The notes under the pieces were generated by a model. That model was not told where the DNA came from. It worked only from the letters and a program-made list of their open reading frames with translations, and searched no databases. Positions 1-9,677 of a stretch of DNA of 64,000 nt are shown piece by piece. The position numbers and the translations under genes were made by a program. Source of the DNA: Malacoraja senta (taxonomy: Eukaryota); the NCBI GenBank assembly GCA_038087875.1, contig CM075988.1:3596001-3660000 (forward strand). The letters are read 5' to 3'. The stretch's first letter is position 1. Each line of letters opens with the position of its first letter.

Positions 1-74
1 AACACTTTTCTGTAAACAATCAATTTCATTTATAGGGGAAGAATATTCTATTGGATCTTAAATGCTGCACAAAT

Positions 75-172
75 GGGGCGGTGCTGTGCCGCAGCAGTGG
101 AGTTGCTGCCTTACAGCGTCAGAGGCCCTGGTTCGATCCTTACTACAGGTGCTGTCTGTGCAGAGTTTGTAC
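75..172 (+). mobile_element. HE1-type V-SINE 5' half (continues at 9899-~10005 after DIRS element 1)
   Basis: tRNA-like head with B box ggttcgatcc. gagtttgtac|ATT|ctccctgagaccgtgtggg reconstitutes the V-domain seen in other copies. Confidence 0.88.
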
Positions 173-495
173 ATTTTACTTCGGAGTCACGTGAGTGACT
201 ACGTGAAGAAGAGCCCGTCCAGCCGCACACGCATCATATCGTCAGACGCATAGTGCTGCGACCGTGTGTGGAGGAGCAAAGCTCCTCCAAGCGTTGAGTA
301 AAGTAAAAGTCGGAAGGTAAGTGCTTTCACTTTCGCTTCCAGGTTCGCCTTTCTCGTCAGACTTGTTGGTGGAACTCCACTCAAGTTATTATGGAGAGAG
401 GGCGTAGAGGAAGAAGACGTACCGCAGGTAAACCCCAAGTATGTGAGGGTAGCGGGCATCAGTTAGAGGAGTCAGTGGCAGCTCCTGTTGCGGTC

Positions 496-1090
496 GAAAG
501 TGCCGTTGTACTGCCGGTGGGGCGCAAGGCAGGACAAAAGTCCGTATGACCAGTAGACTCTGATGAGTCAGACCCGGAGGTAAACCCTCCTCAGTCAGAA
601 AATGTTATGGCTGCTAGGGTCGCTAGCTTAGAGTTCCTTATGGGGAAGATGATTTATCAAGAGCCCCCGCAGGAGGAATTTAGTCCGCATTGGCCTATGG
701 GAGATACAGTGCATGGAGTGCCTTGGATGGGACAGGCACAACATTGGCCTACAGGAGAGCCATCAGGAATGTCTGCGCAAAGACAATACATAGGTTGGCC
801 TACAGGAGAGCCAGTGCCCGAAATGCCAGAAAAAAGGCAGTATATGTGTTGGCCTACAGGAGAGCCAATGCCAGAAATGCCTGAACCAAGGCAGTATAAG
901 CGTTGGTTCAGAGAAGTGCCAGCGCCAACAATGTCAGAAGAAAGACAGTATAAGCGTTGGCCTAGAGGTGAGCCAGCGCCAGCAGCACCTGAAATAGGGC
1001 TGCCTATCCGTGGGCCTACAGGAGAGCCCGCGCAGGGGGAATCTGGTAGAGAATATAATATGCGAAGGCCGATGGAAGAGCCAGTGCTAG
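496..1090 (+). repeat. 595-bp direct repeat, copy 1 (left target duplication of the L1)
   Basis: Identical by eye to 5143-5737 except TG at 603-604 versus CA at 5250-5251. Confidence 0.95.
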
Positions 1091-4000
1091 GCTGAGGGCG
1101 AAATGGATAGGTCAAACATACCACTCTTCATTCACTTCAAAATCTAGAGGCACGTCAATTATCATAAGAAAAGGTATACCATTTAAAGCAAAGAATATTA
1201 TAACAGATATAGAAGGGAGATACCTAATAGTTAATGGAGAAATCCATGACACTCCACTTACTTTGGTAAATATATATGCCCCTAACTTTGATAACCCCCA
1301 CTTTTTCAATAAAATCTTCAATATAATTGCAGAGTCAAACTATCAAAATGTTATAATAGGCGGAGACTTTAACTGTGTTTTAGATCCGTACTTAGATAAA
1401 TCAAGTCAAAAACAGAGAGGGAATATGAAATCGAAAACTGGGGAACTCCTCAATACCTACATAAATAACACTAATATAGCAGATGTTTGGAGAATTGTGA
1501 ATCCAACTGGCAGGGAATATTCGTTTTACTCAATGGTACATAAGACATACTCACGTATAGACTACTTTCTGCTGGATACAAAATTAATCCCCCAAACATC
1601 TAATGCAATATACCATACAAATTCAATTTCAGACCATTCTCCACTAACTTTCTTTTTAAAACTGGAAGGATTGTCTAAGAATAATTCATTCTGGAGATTT
1701 AACTCTCAAATTTTAAAAGATCCACAAGCGAGTATATATTTAAAAGAACAAATGGAGGTCTTTTTTCAAACAAATGATACTTCAGATATATCACCTACCT
1801 TACTTTGGGAATCTTTTAAAGCATACATTAGGGGTATTATAATTTCATATCAAGCTTTTCAAAATAAAAAGAATAAGAATGAACAAAGACAGTTAGAAGA
1901 ACTTATTAGACAAATGGATATAGATAATGCTAAAGATCCATCAATAGATAAACATAATAAAATAATAATTTTAAAATTTAAATTAAATAAATTATTATCT
2001 GCCAAACTTATAAGACTTTTTCAAATTACAAAACAAGAGCACTTTGAATTTGGGGATAAACCGCATAAACTTTTGGCTCGCCAGCTAAAAAAACGAGAAA
2101 AGGAACATACTATACTAAAGATCAAATCAGATAAAGGGGAATTATTAACAACACCGAAGGATATTAATAAAAGATTTGCGCAATTTTACGAGAATTTGTA
2201 TACATCTAAAACGATAATTGATTCCAATAATATCACAAAGTTCTTGGATACCTGTAATCTTCCAAAGTTAGAGCTGAAGGAACAAGAGGAACTGGGTGCA
2301 CAAATCTCAATTAAGGAATTAGAAGATACAATAAACTCACTAAAAAATGGAAAAACACCAGGCCCTGATGGATTTACTAATGAATTTTATAAAAGCTTTT
2401 ATGATAAAATAATACCAAGATTACAAAAAATGTACCAATACGCTTTTAAAAAACGAATACTACCTGATACATTAGCGGAATCAACGATTATATTAATACC
2501 TAAGAAAAATAAAGATTTAGAAGAACCTGGCTCATATAGAGCTATAGCATTGTTAAACACAGATCAAAAAATATTAGCGAAAACATTAGCTAGAAGATTA
2601 AGTAAATACATTAGTAAATTAATAAACCCAGATCAGACAGGGTTTATCCCTAAGAGATACTCTTCTAATAATATGAGACGTCTACTCAACATAATGCACT
2701 CACACAAATCTGAAGATCAAGAATTATCAATTATTTCGCTGGATGCTGAAAAAGCATTTGATCAAGTAGAATGGAATTATATGGATAAAGTATTACAAAA
2801 ATTTCAACTGGGAGAGAATTTTATTTTATGGATTAAGTTACTATATAACAAACCTACAGCTAGAATACTTACTAATAACATATTATCCTCGAAATTTCAA
2901 CTATCAAGGGGAAATAGACAAGGATGCTCATTATCACCACAGCTGTTTGCTCTCATTATTGAACCGCTAGCAGAAAAAATTAGAATACACCCTGATATTC
3001 ATGGATATAATACTAAAGACTCATATAATAAAATATCTTTATACGCGGATGATATATTATTGTATATTACAAAACCTCAAATCACTATACCAAATATATT
3101 AAATTTAATTGAAGACTTCGGATCTTTTTCTGGATATAGAATAAATTGGAATAAAAGTGAAATTATGTCAATAAAACCAAAAGATTCAACACATCTTTTA
3201 AAATTCCCTTTTAAAATAGCTACAGAAAAATTTAAATATTTGGGAGTCGAAATTACCAGAGCATATCAAGGTATGCTCAGGGCAAATTTTGACCCCCTAC
3301 TTAATAAACTAAATACATTAATTAAATTCTGGAAAACGCTCCCGATGTCTTTAATAGGCCGAATAAACGCAATAAAAATGATCTTTTTACCACAAATTTT
3401 ATACCTATTTCAATCAATTCCTATATACTTATCTAAGAAGTTTTTTAAAAAACTCGACTCAGAAATCACTAATTTTATATGGGACTATAAATCACATAGA
3501 ATACAAAAAACCCATCTGAATAAATCTAAAGTATTGGGGGGTCTAGCACTACCTAATTTTATGTATTATTATTGGTCAGTAAATATTAAAAACATGATTC
3601 AACTGATGGATAACTCCGCCCAGCAAGTAGACTGGATTGTAATGGAGAAAGAGGATTGCTCCTCTAGAAACATTGGAGCGATCCTCCTCTCTCCATTGAA
3701 ATTGAATAACATAAACTATAATAAGAACCCAATTATTCATAGTACAATCCGTATTTGGAAACAAATAAAACAAAATTTAAAATTAAGAAACTTATCACTT
3801 TTATTACCTATAGTCAATAACCCTTCGTTTAGTCCTTCTATTATAGATAAAGCTTATACACAATGGGATAGACTAGGAATTAAAACGCTTGGTGACTTGT
3901 ATGAAACTGGAAAATTACTTTCATTTCAACAATTACAAATAAAATATAAACTCGGAAATAATCAATATTTTAAATACTTTCAAATATGCGACTATTTGAA

Positions 4001-4712
4001 AAAATATACAAAAGATCATCATAATAACCCAGCAGATGTACTGGACGAGGCAATGCAGATAAAAGCGGAATCAGCAAACTTAATATCATATTTGTACAAT
4101 ATTATCTTAAATGCACAAATACCATCTACGGAGGGTATCAGAAGAGACTGGGAACAAGAGTTAGCTATTAAAATTTCAAAGGAAAGTTGGAATGAATACT
4201 TATTAAAAGTGCATAAATGCTCGATTAATGTAAGACACACTTTAATACAATTTAAAATTTTACATAGATTATATTATTCGAAAACTAAAATTCATAAAAT
4301 TTTCCCAAACGTATCATCTATTTGTGATAAATGTCAATCCCAAGAAGCTACTATAGCGCACTCATTTGTCTTCTGTACAAAAATTCAAAAATTTTGGAAT
4401 GAAATTTTTGAAATCTTTACAAAGTTATTTAAAACAAGACTGATACCCAAAGCAGAATGGATTATCTTCGGAATAACGGAAGATGATCCAGAACTAAATG
4501 TGTTTCAAAAGAAATTAATGGACTATGGGTTAATAACTGGAAAAAAGCTAATTCTAAAATTTTGGAAGAAGGCTCCAATACCAACTATAAATATGTGGAT
4601 TTCAAATATGTTTGAAACATTACACCTTGAAGAGATAAGACTCCTCCTAGCAGGTAAACCAGATCACTTCCACCTGACGTGGTCTGCATTTATAGAATTA
4701 TTACAAACATAG
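1089..4712 (+). CDS. L1 ORF2 (APE endonuclease - RT - CCHC), uninterrupted but lacking its N-terminus
   Basis: Open from the junction (RLRAKWIGQ...NIYAPN, GGDFN, SRIDY, SDH). RT motifs LDAEKAFD, RQGCSLSP, YADD. C-terminal CDKC..H..FC. Confidence 0.93.
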   Translation, partial: RLRAKWIGQTYHSSFTSKSRGTSIIIRKGIPFKAKNIITDIEGRYLIVNGEIHDTPLTLVNIYAPNFDNPHFFNKIFNIIAESNYQNVIIGGDFNCVLDPYLDKSSQKQRGNMKSKTGELLNTYINNTNIADVWRIVNPTGREYSFYSMVHKTYSRIDYFLLDTKLIPQTSNAIYHTNSISDHSPLTFFLKLEGLSKNNSFWRFNSQILKDPQASIYLKEQMEVFFQTNDTSDISPTLLWESFKAYIRGIIISYQAFQNKKNKNEQRQLEELIRQMDIDNAKDPSIDKHNKIIILKFKLNKLLSAKLIRLFQITKQEHFEFGDKPHKLLARQLKKREKEHTILKIKSDKGELLTTPKDINKRFAQFYENLYTSKTIIDSNNITKFLDTCNLPKLELKEQEELGAQISIKELEDTINSLKNGKTPGPDGFTNEFYKSFYDKIIPRLQKMYQYAFKKRILPDTLAESTIILIPKKNKDLEEPGSYRAIALLNTDQKILAKTLARRLSKYISKLINPDQTGFIPKRYSSNNMRRLLNIMHSHKSEDQELSIISLDAEKAFDQVEWNYMDKVLQKFQLGENFILWIKLLYNKPTARILTNNILSSKFQLSRGNRQGCSLSPQLFALIIEPLAEKIRIHPDIHGYNTKDSYNKISLYADDILLYITKPQITIPNILNLIEDFGSFSGYRINWNKSEIMSIKPKDSTHLLKFPFKIATEKFKYLGVEITRAYQGMLRANFDPLLNKLNTLIKFWKTLPMSLIGRINAIKMIFLPQILYLFQSIPIYLSKKFFKKLDSEITNFIWDYKSHRIQKTHLNKSKVLGGLALPNFMYYYWSVNIKNMIQLMDNSAQQVDWIVMEKEDCSSRNIGAILLSPLKLNNINYNKNPIIHSTIRIWKQIKQNLKLRNLSLLLPIVNNPSFSPSIIDKAYTQWDRLGIKTLGDLYETGKLLSFQQLQIKYKLGNNQYFKYFQICDYLKKYTKDHHNNPADVLDEAMQIKAESANLISYLYNIILNAQIPSTEGIRRDWEQELAIKISKESWNEYLLKVHKCSINVRHTLIQFKILHRLYYSKTKIHKIFPNVSSICDKCQSQEATIAHSFVFCTKIQKFWNEIFEIFTKLFKTRLIPKAEWIIFGITEDDPELNVFQKKLMDYGLITGKKLILKFWKKAPIPTINMWISNMFETLHLEEIRLLLAGKPDHFHLTWSAFIELLQT

Positions 4713-5101
4713 GGTGCAAAAGTACTTTAAAAAAATAAAAAATTGAGGTCGGGTAAGGGAGGATGATAGTTGAAGAGTTGGTATGTCCTATTTACGTGAT
4801 GCTCAAAAAAAAACATTTGTTTCTCTTTTTTTCTCTTTCTCTTTTCTTTTCTTAGGGCCTATTTCTTAACTCTTTTTCTTTTTGTTTTTAATTTCGCTCT
4901 TATAGGGTCTTCGTCCTTTTTTGTTGTTACATTTTCTACACTTTTCTACACTTGCACTTTTTCCTTCACTTTCTTCTCTCTTTCAATTTTTTCTTTCTCT
5001 AGTGTAAAAAAATAAATAAAGGGAGTACATTAATTGTAAGAAGATATAAATGACGAGTATTAATGTATGTGGTTGTAATGTAATGTACTTCTAATAAATA
5101 A

Positions 5102-5142
<41 letters not shown>
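1091..5142 (+). mobile_element. 5'-truncated fish-type L1 non-LTR retrotransposon
   Basis: ORF2, T-rich 3' UTR (4713-5106), AATAAA at 5093-5098 and a pure 36-nt poly(A) at 5107-5142; flanked by the 595-bp direct repeat. Confidence 0.95.
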
Positions 5143-5144
<2 letters not shown>

Positions 5145-5737
5145 AAGTGCCGTTGTACTGCCGGTGGGGCGCAAGGCAGGACAAAAGTCCGTATGACCAG
5201 TAGACTCTGATGAGTCAGACCCGGAGGTAAACCCTCCTCAGTCAGAAAACATTATGGCTGCTAGGGTCGCTAGCTTAGAGTTCCTTATGGGGAAGATGAT
5301 TTATCAAGAGCCCCCGCAGGAGGAATTTAGTCCGCATTGGCCTATGGGAGATACAGTGCATGGAGTGCCTTGGATGGGACAGGCACAACATTGGCCTACA
5401 GGAGAGCCATCAGGAATGTCTGCGCAAAGACAATACATAGGTTGGCCTACAGGAGAGCCAGTGCCCGAAATGCCAGAAAAAAGGCAGTATATGTGTTGGC
5501 CTACAGGAGAGCCAATGCCAGAAATGCCTGAACCAAGGCAGTATAAGCGTTGGTTCAGAGAAGTGCCAGCGCCAACAATGTCAGAAGAAAGACAGTATAA
5601 GCGTTGGCCTAGAGGTGAGCCAGCGCCAGCAGCACCTGAAATAGGGCTGCCTATCCGTGGGCCTACAGGAGAGCCCGCGCAGGGGGAATCTGGTAGAGAA
5701 TATAATATGCGAAGGCCGATGGAAGAGCCAGTGCTAG
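5143..5737 (+). repeat. 595-bp direct repeat, copy 2 (right target duplication of the L1)
   Basis: Begins immediately after the L1 poly(A); offset 4647 from copy 1. Confidence 0.95.
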
Positions 5738-6539
5738 ACTTACCTGAAACAGGGATGCCAGAAATTTCCCATCAGGAGGAGGAACATCAAGATTCAGATG
5801 ATGAATTATATGAGGACCAGAGCCTGATAACAGAGCTTAAAATACCAGGCTGGCACAAACGTTTGCTGTTCCCAGATTAACAGGGGAACCTTTGGGAGAT
5901 GAAATAGCAATGACTATAAATTACCTGCTCTCCCATCAGCTCCAGGAATTAACTATGGATGAGACTGTTAAAAAATATGAAACCCCGGAGAATTGTGCAC
6001 TGTTAGCAGTCCCAGCGGTGAATAACGTAATATGGGGCTATTTGGGCATTGGATTACGCTCACAAGAATTAAAATTACAACGAGTGTTGAGATTGCTGGG
6101 GTCAGGCATTACGGCTTTTGCCAGAGGGTTGGATGAAGAACATATATCTGCTTCACAACAAGATGCCTTAGCACTTATGTGTAGTGCGCACTTTGAAATA
6201 AACTGTATTCGTAAGAGTGCAATAAGACCTAATATTCATCCTAAGTTTGCAGGGCTCTGTAAACCATCCAATATACAACGGCCTAATCTGCTTTTTGGAG
6301 AGAATCTAGCAAAAAGGGTAAAAGACCTGAATGAAGAGGCAAAAACCGTGGGAATGATGAAACCACCGATGCTGAGCAGATCAATTTGAAGGCAGTATCC
6401 CTACAGACGGATGTCTACTGCTGGAGAAGGAACAAGCCAATCGTTCCCATATACGCGTTGGCGTACTGCACCTGGGATGCGTGGAGGTTACAATGTGCCT
6501 ACTAAGAGGGGACTACATTTGCCGGCGGCAAACCCCGAG

Positions 6540-8410
6540 GTAGGGGTGTCTGGTCTGGTAAGAAACATAACAAATGTTTTACACTCATAAGTGGGGGGAA
6601 GATTACAATTCTTCCTAAAAGAATGGCAACTAATAACAAATGATTTGTTTATACTGTGCAGCTTTGTGGGATTTAGAATTGAGTTCTATCCACATTTGGA
6701 TCCTCCTACTCAGCATATTTCAAGCAGGTCACGTACTTTCTGAAAGGAAGAGAATACGCAGATCCAGGCAGAATTGAACATTTTGTGCAAAAAAGGTGTA
6801 ATAGAAACGTCAATAGAACAACACCATCAGTTTGTGCAGAGTATTTTTCCAAGAACAAAAAACGATGGTGGATGTAGAATTATTCTGGATCTGACAAGTC
6901 TTAATCCTTTCGTACAGTATAAACATTTTAATATGGAAACATTTACAAACGCCATTCAGCTTGTCACAAGGAACTGCTATATGGCAAGCATAGATCTGCA
7001 AGATGCATATTATTCTGTGGCTGTGCATGGTAATGATCAGAGATATCTAAAATTTAGATGGATGAGTCAGTTATGGCAGTTTAAAGCATTGCCTAATGGT
7101 CTGACTTCAGCTCCAAGGTTAATTACAAAATTACTCAAACCAATTTTAGCTCTGTTAAGAGCTGAGGGCCATGTATTAATGGCTTATTTGGATGACATTC
7201 TGATTGTGGGGGACACTTTGGCTACATCAAAGGCATCAGTGTCAAGAGTCAAGTACATTTTCTAGAAAATGGGATTCATTATTCACCCACAAAAATGGAA
7301 ACTATTACCAAGCACAAAAAATGGATTATTTGGGGTTTACAATTAACTCAGAACACATGGTAATCACTTTGCCAAAAGATAAAAGGCCAAAAGATAAAAG
7401 GCTGCAGTTAATTGAGGGTTGTATTAAGCTAATTAACGAGTACCAGCCCTCAATTACACAAGTGGCAAGCTTGCTGGGCAAATTAATTGCTGATTTTCCA
7501 GCTGTAAAATTTGGACCATTGCATTATCAGCATTTGCAGAGAGCTACGGTACAAGCATTAAGGATTAATGCAGGGCATTTTGACAGGCCCATGCAATTGA
7601 CAATTGAGCCTATTATGGAATTAGAATGGTGGATTAACAATGTCTCTAATGCTTCCAGAAAAGTTCTGGTAGAAACACCTTCTGTTATTCTACAGACTGA
7701 TGTAAGTGCTCTAGAATGGGGTGCAACTAATACTGTTTCCAGCTGTGGAGGTAGATGGAATGTGAAGGAAGTACCTTTGCTTGAAAATCAAGGTATAAAT
7801 TACCTAGAGCTATTAGGAACATTTTATGGGCTTAAAGCATATGTAGCATATGTAAATCATATGGGTGGTATCAAGTCAGAATCTTGTGATAGATTGGCAA
7901 ATATAATATGGACCTGGTGTATTGCCAGGAAAATTTGGCTGTCAGCAATGTACCTACCAGGTAGATTCAATATAGTTGCAGACACAAGGTCATGTAAATT
8001 CAATGATAATACAGAATGGATGTTGCATCATGAAATATTTAAGAAAATTGTGGCACAATTTGGAATGCCAGAGATTGACTTGTTTGCATCAAGACTCAAC
8101 CACCAATTGCCTAAGTATGTGTCATGGGAACCTGATCCTGGTGCAGTAGCGGTGGATGTTTTCTCGCTACATTGGGGTGGTATGTTTCTGTATGCATTTC
8201 CTCCGTTTTGTCTAATTAATCGGTGTATACAGAAAATTAAACAGGACTCAGCCTTGGGGGTTTTGGTGGTGCCAGATTGGCCTACACAGCCATGGTACCC
8301 GCTGGTGTTAAAAAATGATCAAAAAGCCCCTTATGGTTATTCCAAAGCAGGTAAAACTGCTTGTACTCCCTGTAACTGATGAACCACATCCTTTACATGA
8401 TCATATTGGT
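6540..8410 (+). pseudogene. DIRS element 1 pol: reverse transcriptase, RNase H and Dam-like methyltransferase domain
   Basis: RT motifs IDLQDAYY, LPNGLTSAP, YLDD. RNase H motifs LQTDVS..WG and INYLEL. MT-like IDLFASRLN...YAFPPF. Contains stops, frameshifts and a deletion within RNase H near 7840. Confidence 0.9.
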
Positions 8411-8418
8411 TTGTTGAT

Positions 8419-9413
8419 TTGCAGATTCTAAGAAGGCCATATCTTGGAAGTGGATTATCAGAGCGTACGGTGGATGTTATGGCAGCAGCCTGGAGGAATA
8501 GTATCCAGAAGCAGTACATTTCTTATATAAGGAAATGGGAGGTGTTTTGTTCAGAAAAGAATATTGCATATAACACTGCAGACATTTCAGATGTGTTAGA
8601 GTTTCTTTCAACTCTTTATTTTGAATTAAATTTAAGCTACAGTGCAATCAATACTGCAAGGAGTGCTCTCTCTGCATATTTATGCAGGGAATCAGAACAA
8701 AATCCAATAGGATCACATCCTTGGGTCTGTAGGTTTATGAAGGGAATTTTCAACTCCAATCCTCCTAGACCCAGGTATACAGAAATCTGGAATGTAAAAG
8801 ATATACTTATGCTGCTGCGTGAATGGAATCCTATTGCAGCTCTGTCATCGGCCAAAATCACCATGAAGTTAGTTATGCTCATGGCGTTAGTTTCAGCACA
8901 GAGAGTGCAAACGTTACAGAAGTTAAGAATAGGCAGGATGAAAGTAGGGGCAGATGCCATTACATTCTATGTCTATGATTTGCTCAAACAGAGTAGACCT
9001 GGGTTCACAGGATGCAAGTTGTTTTTTTCAGCATTTCCTACGGATCCACGTCTATGTGTAGTAGCATATCTAAGATGTTTCATTGAAGCAACCAGAACCT
9101 TAAGAGGTGCAGAATCAGCATTTTTGTCAGCTATAAAAAACCTCATAAGAAGGTGTCGACACAGACTATTTCAAGATGGCTGAAGCAGGTGTTGATTTAT
9201 GCAGGTATTGATACTGACAAATTTTAATCTCATTCCGCCAGGTCGGCAGCAACATCGGCGGCCAAGGATTCAGACGTTCCAATAGACCTTATCCTCGCGG
9301 CCGCAGGATGGGCAAGTGAACAGATGTTTCACAAATATCACCACAAGGAGATTAAAGATCCCGGGTTGTTTGGTGGTGCCGTGCTGGATTCAGTATTAAA
9401 TCCCCCATTATGA
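8419..9413 (+). pseudogene. DIRS element 1 tyrosine recombinase
   Basis: YSAINTARSALS; SAQRVQTL (catalytic R). After a frameshift near 9125, HSARSAATS...AAGW. One in-frame TAA near 9225. Confidence 0.9.
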
Positions 9414-9564
9414 TAATGGGTGTCACTATTGTTGTAATAAATAAAACCATTAACTGATTACATTAATGTTGTGGTTGTGCATTGTTGATTGTTTTACTCA
9501 GAGTCAATCAATGCAGTGACCGCCTGGATTTGAATCCACGGCGTGAAATCACAGAGCTTTGAAA

Positions 9565-9677
9565 TCTTCACGTAGTCGCTCACGTGACTCCGAAGTAAAA
9601 TAGTAAGATTAAACGAGAACTTACCAGTTTGAAGTTTGATCTTTATTTTATGAGGAGTTACGTTGAGGGATTATGTG
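9565..9677 (+). repeat. Internal complementary region (ICR) of DIRS element 1
   Basis: The first half is the reverse complement of 173-209 and the second half is the reverse complement of ~9820-9898. The junction cgaagtaaaatagtaag corresponds to a circle junction. Confidence 0.93.

Larger units (their letters stand above)
391..6389 (+). pseudogene. DIRS element 1 ORF1 (gag-like), disrupted
   Basis: ATG at 391 is in frame with the 607/5254 ORFs, with a premature TGA at 547-549. Split by L1 plus the duplication. C-terminal part (5892-6389, ETPENCALLAVPAVNNVIW...CIRKSAIRPNI) resembles ORF1 of element 2. Confidence 0.8.

Noticed and set aside
607..1095. Duplicated 162/208-aa ORFs as a tandem host gene or LTRs
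   Set aside because: They are an internal part of DIRS ORF1 duplicated around the L1; there are no TG..CA ends, PBS or PPT.
8419..9413. Phage integrase or bacterial contamination (YR plus Dam-like domain)
   Set aside because: Both domains are normal components of DIRS1 retrotransposons and lie within DIRS termini in a vertebrate intron.
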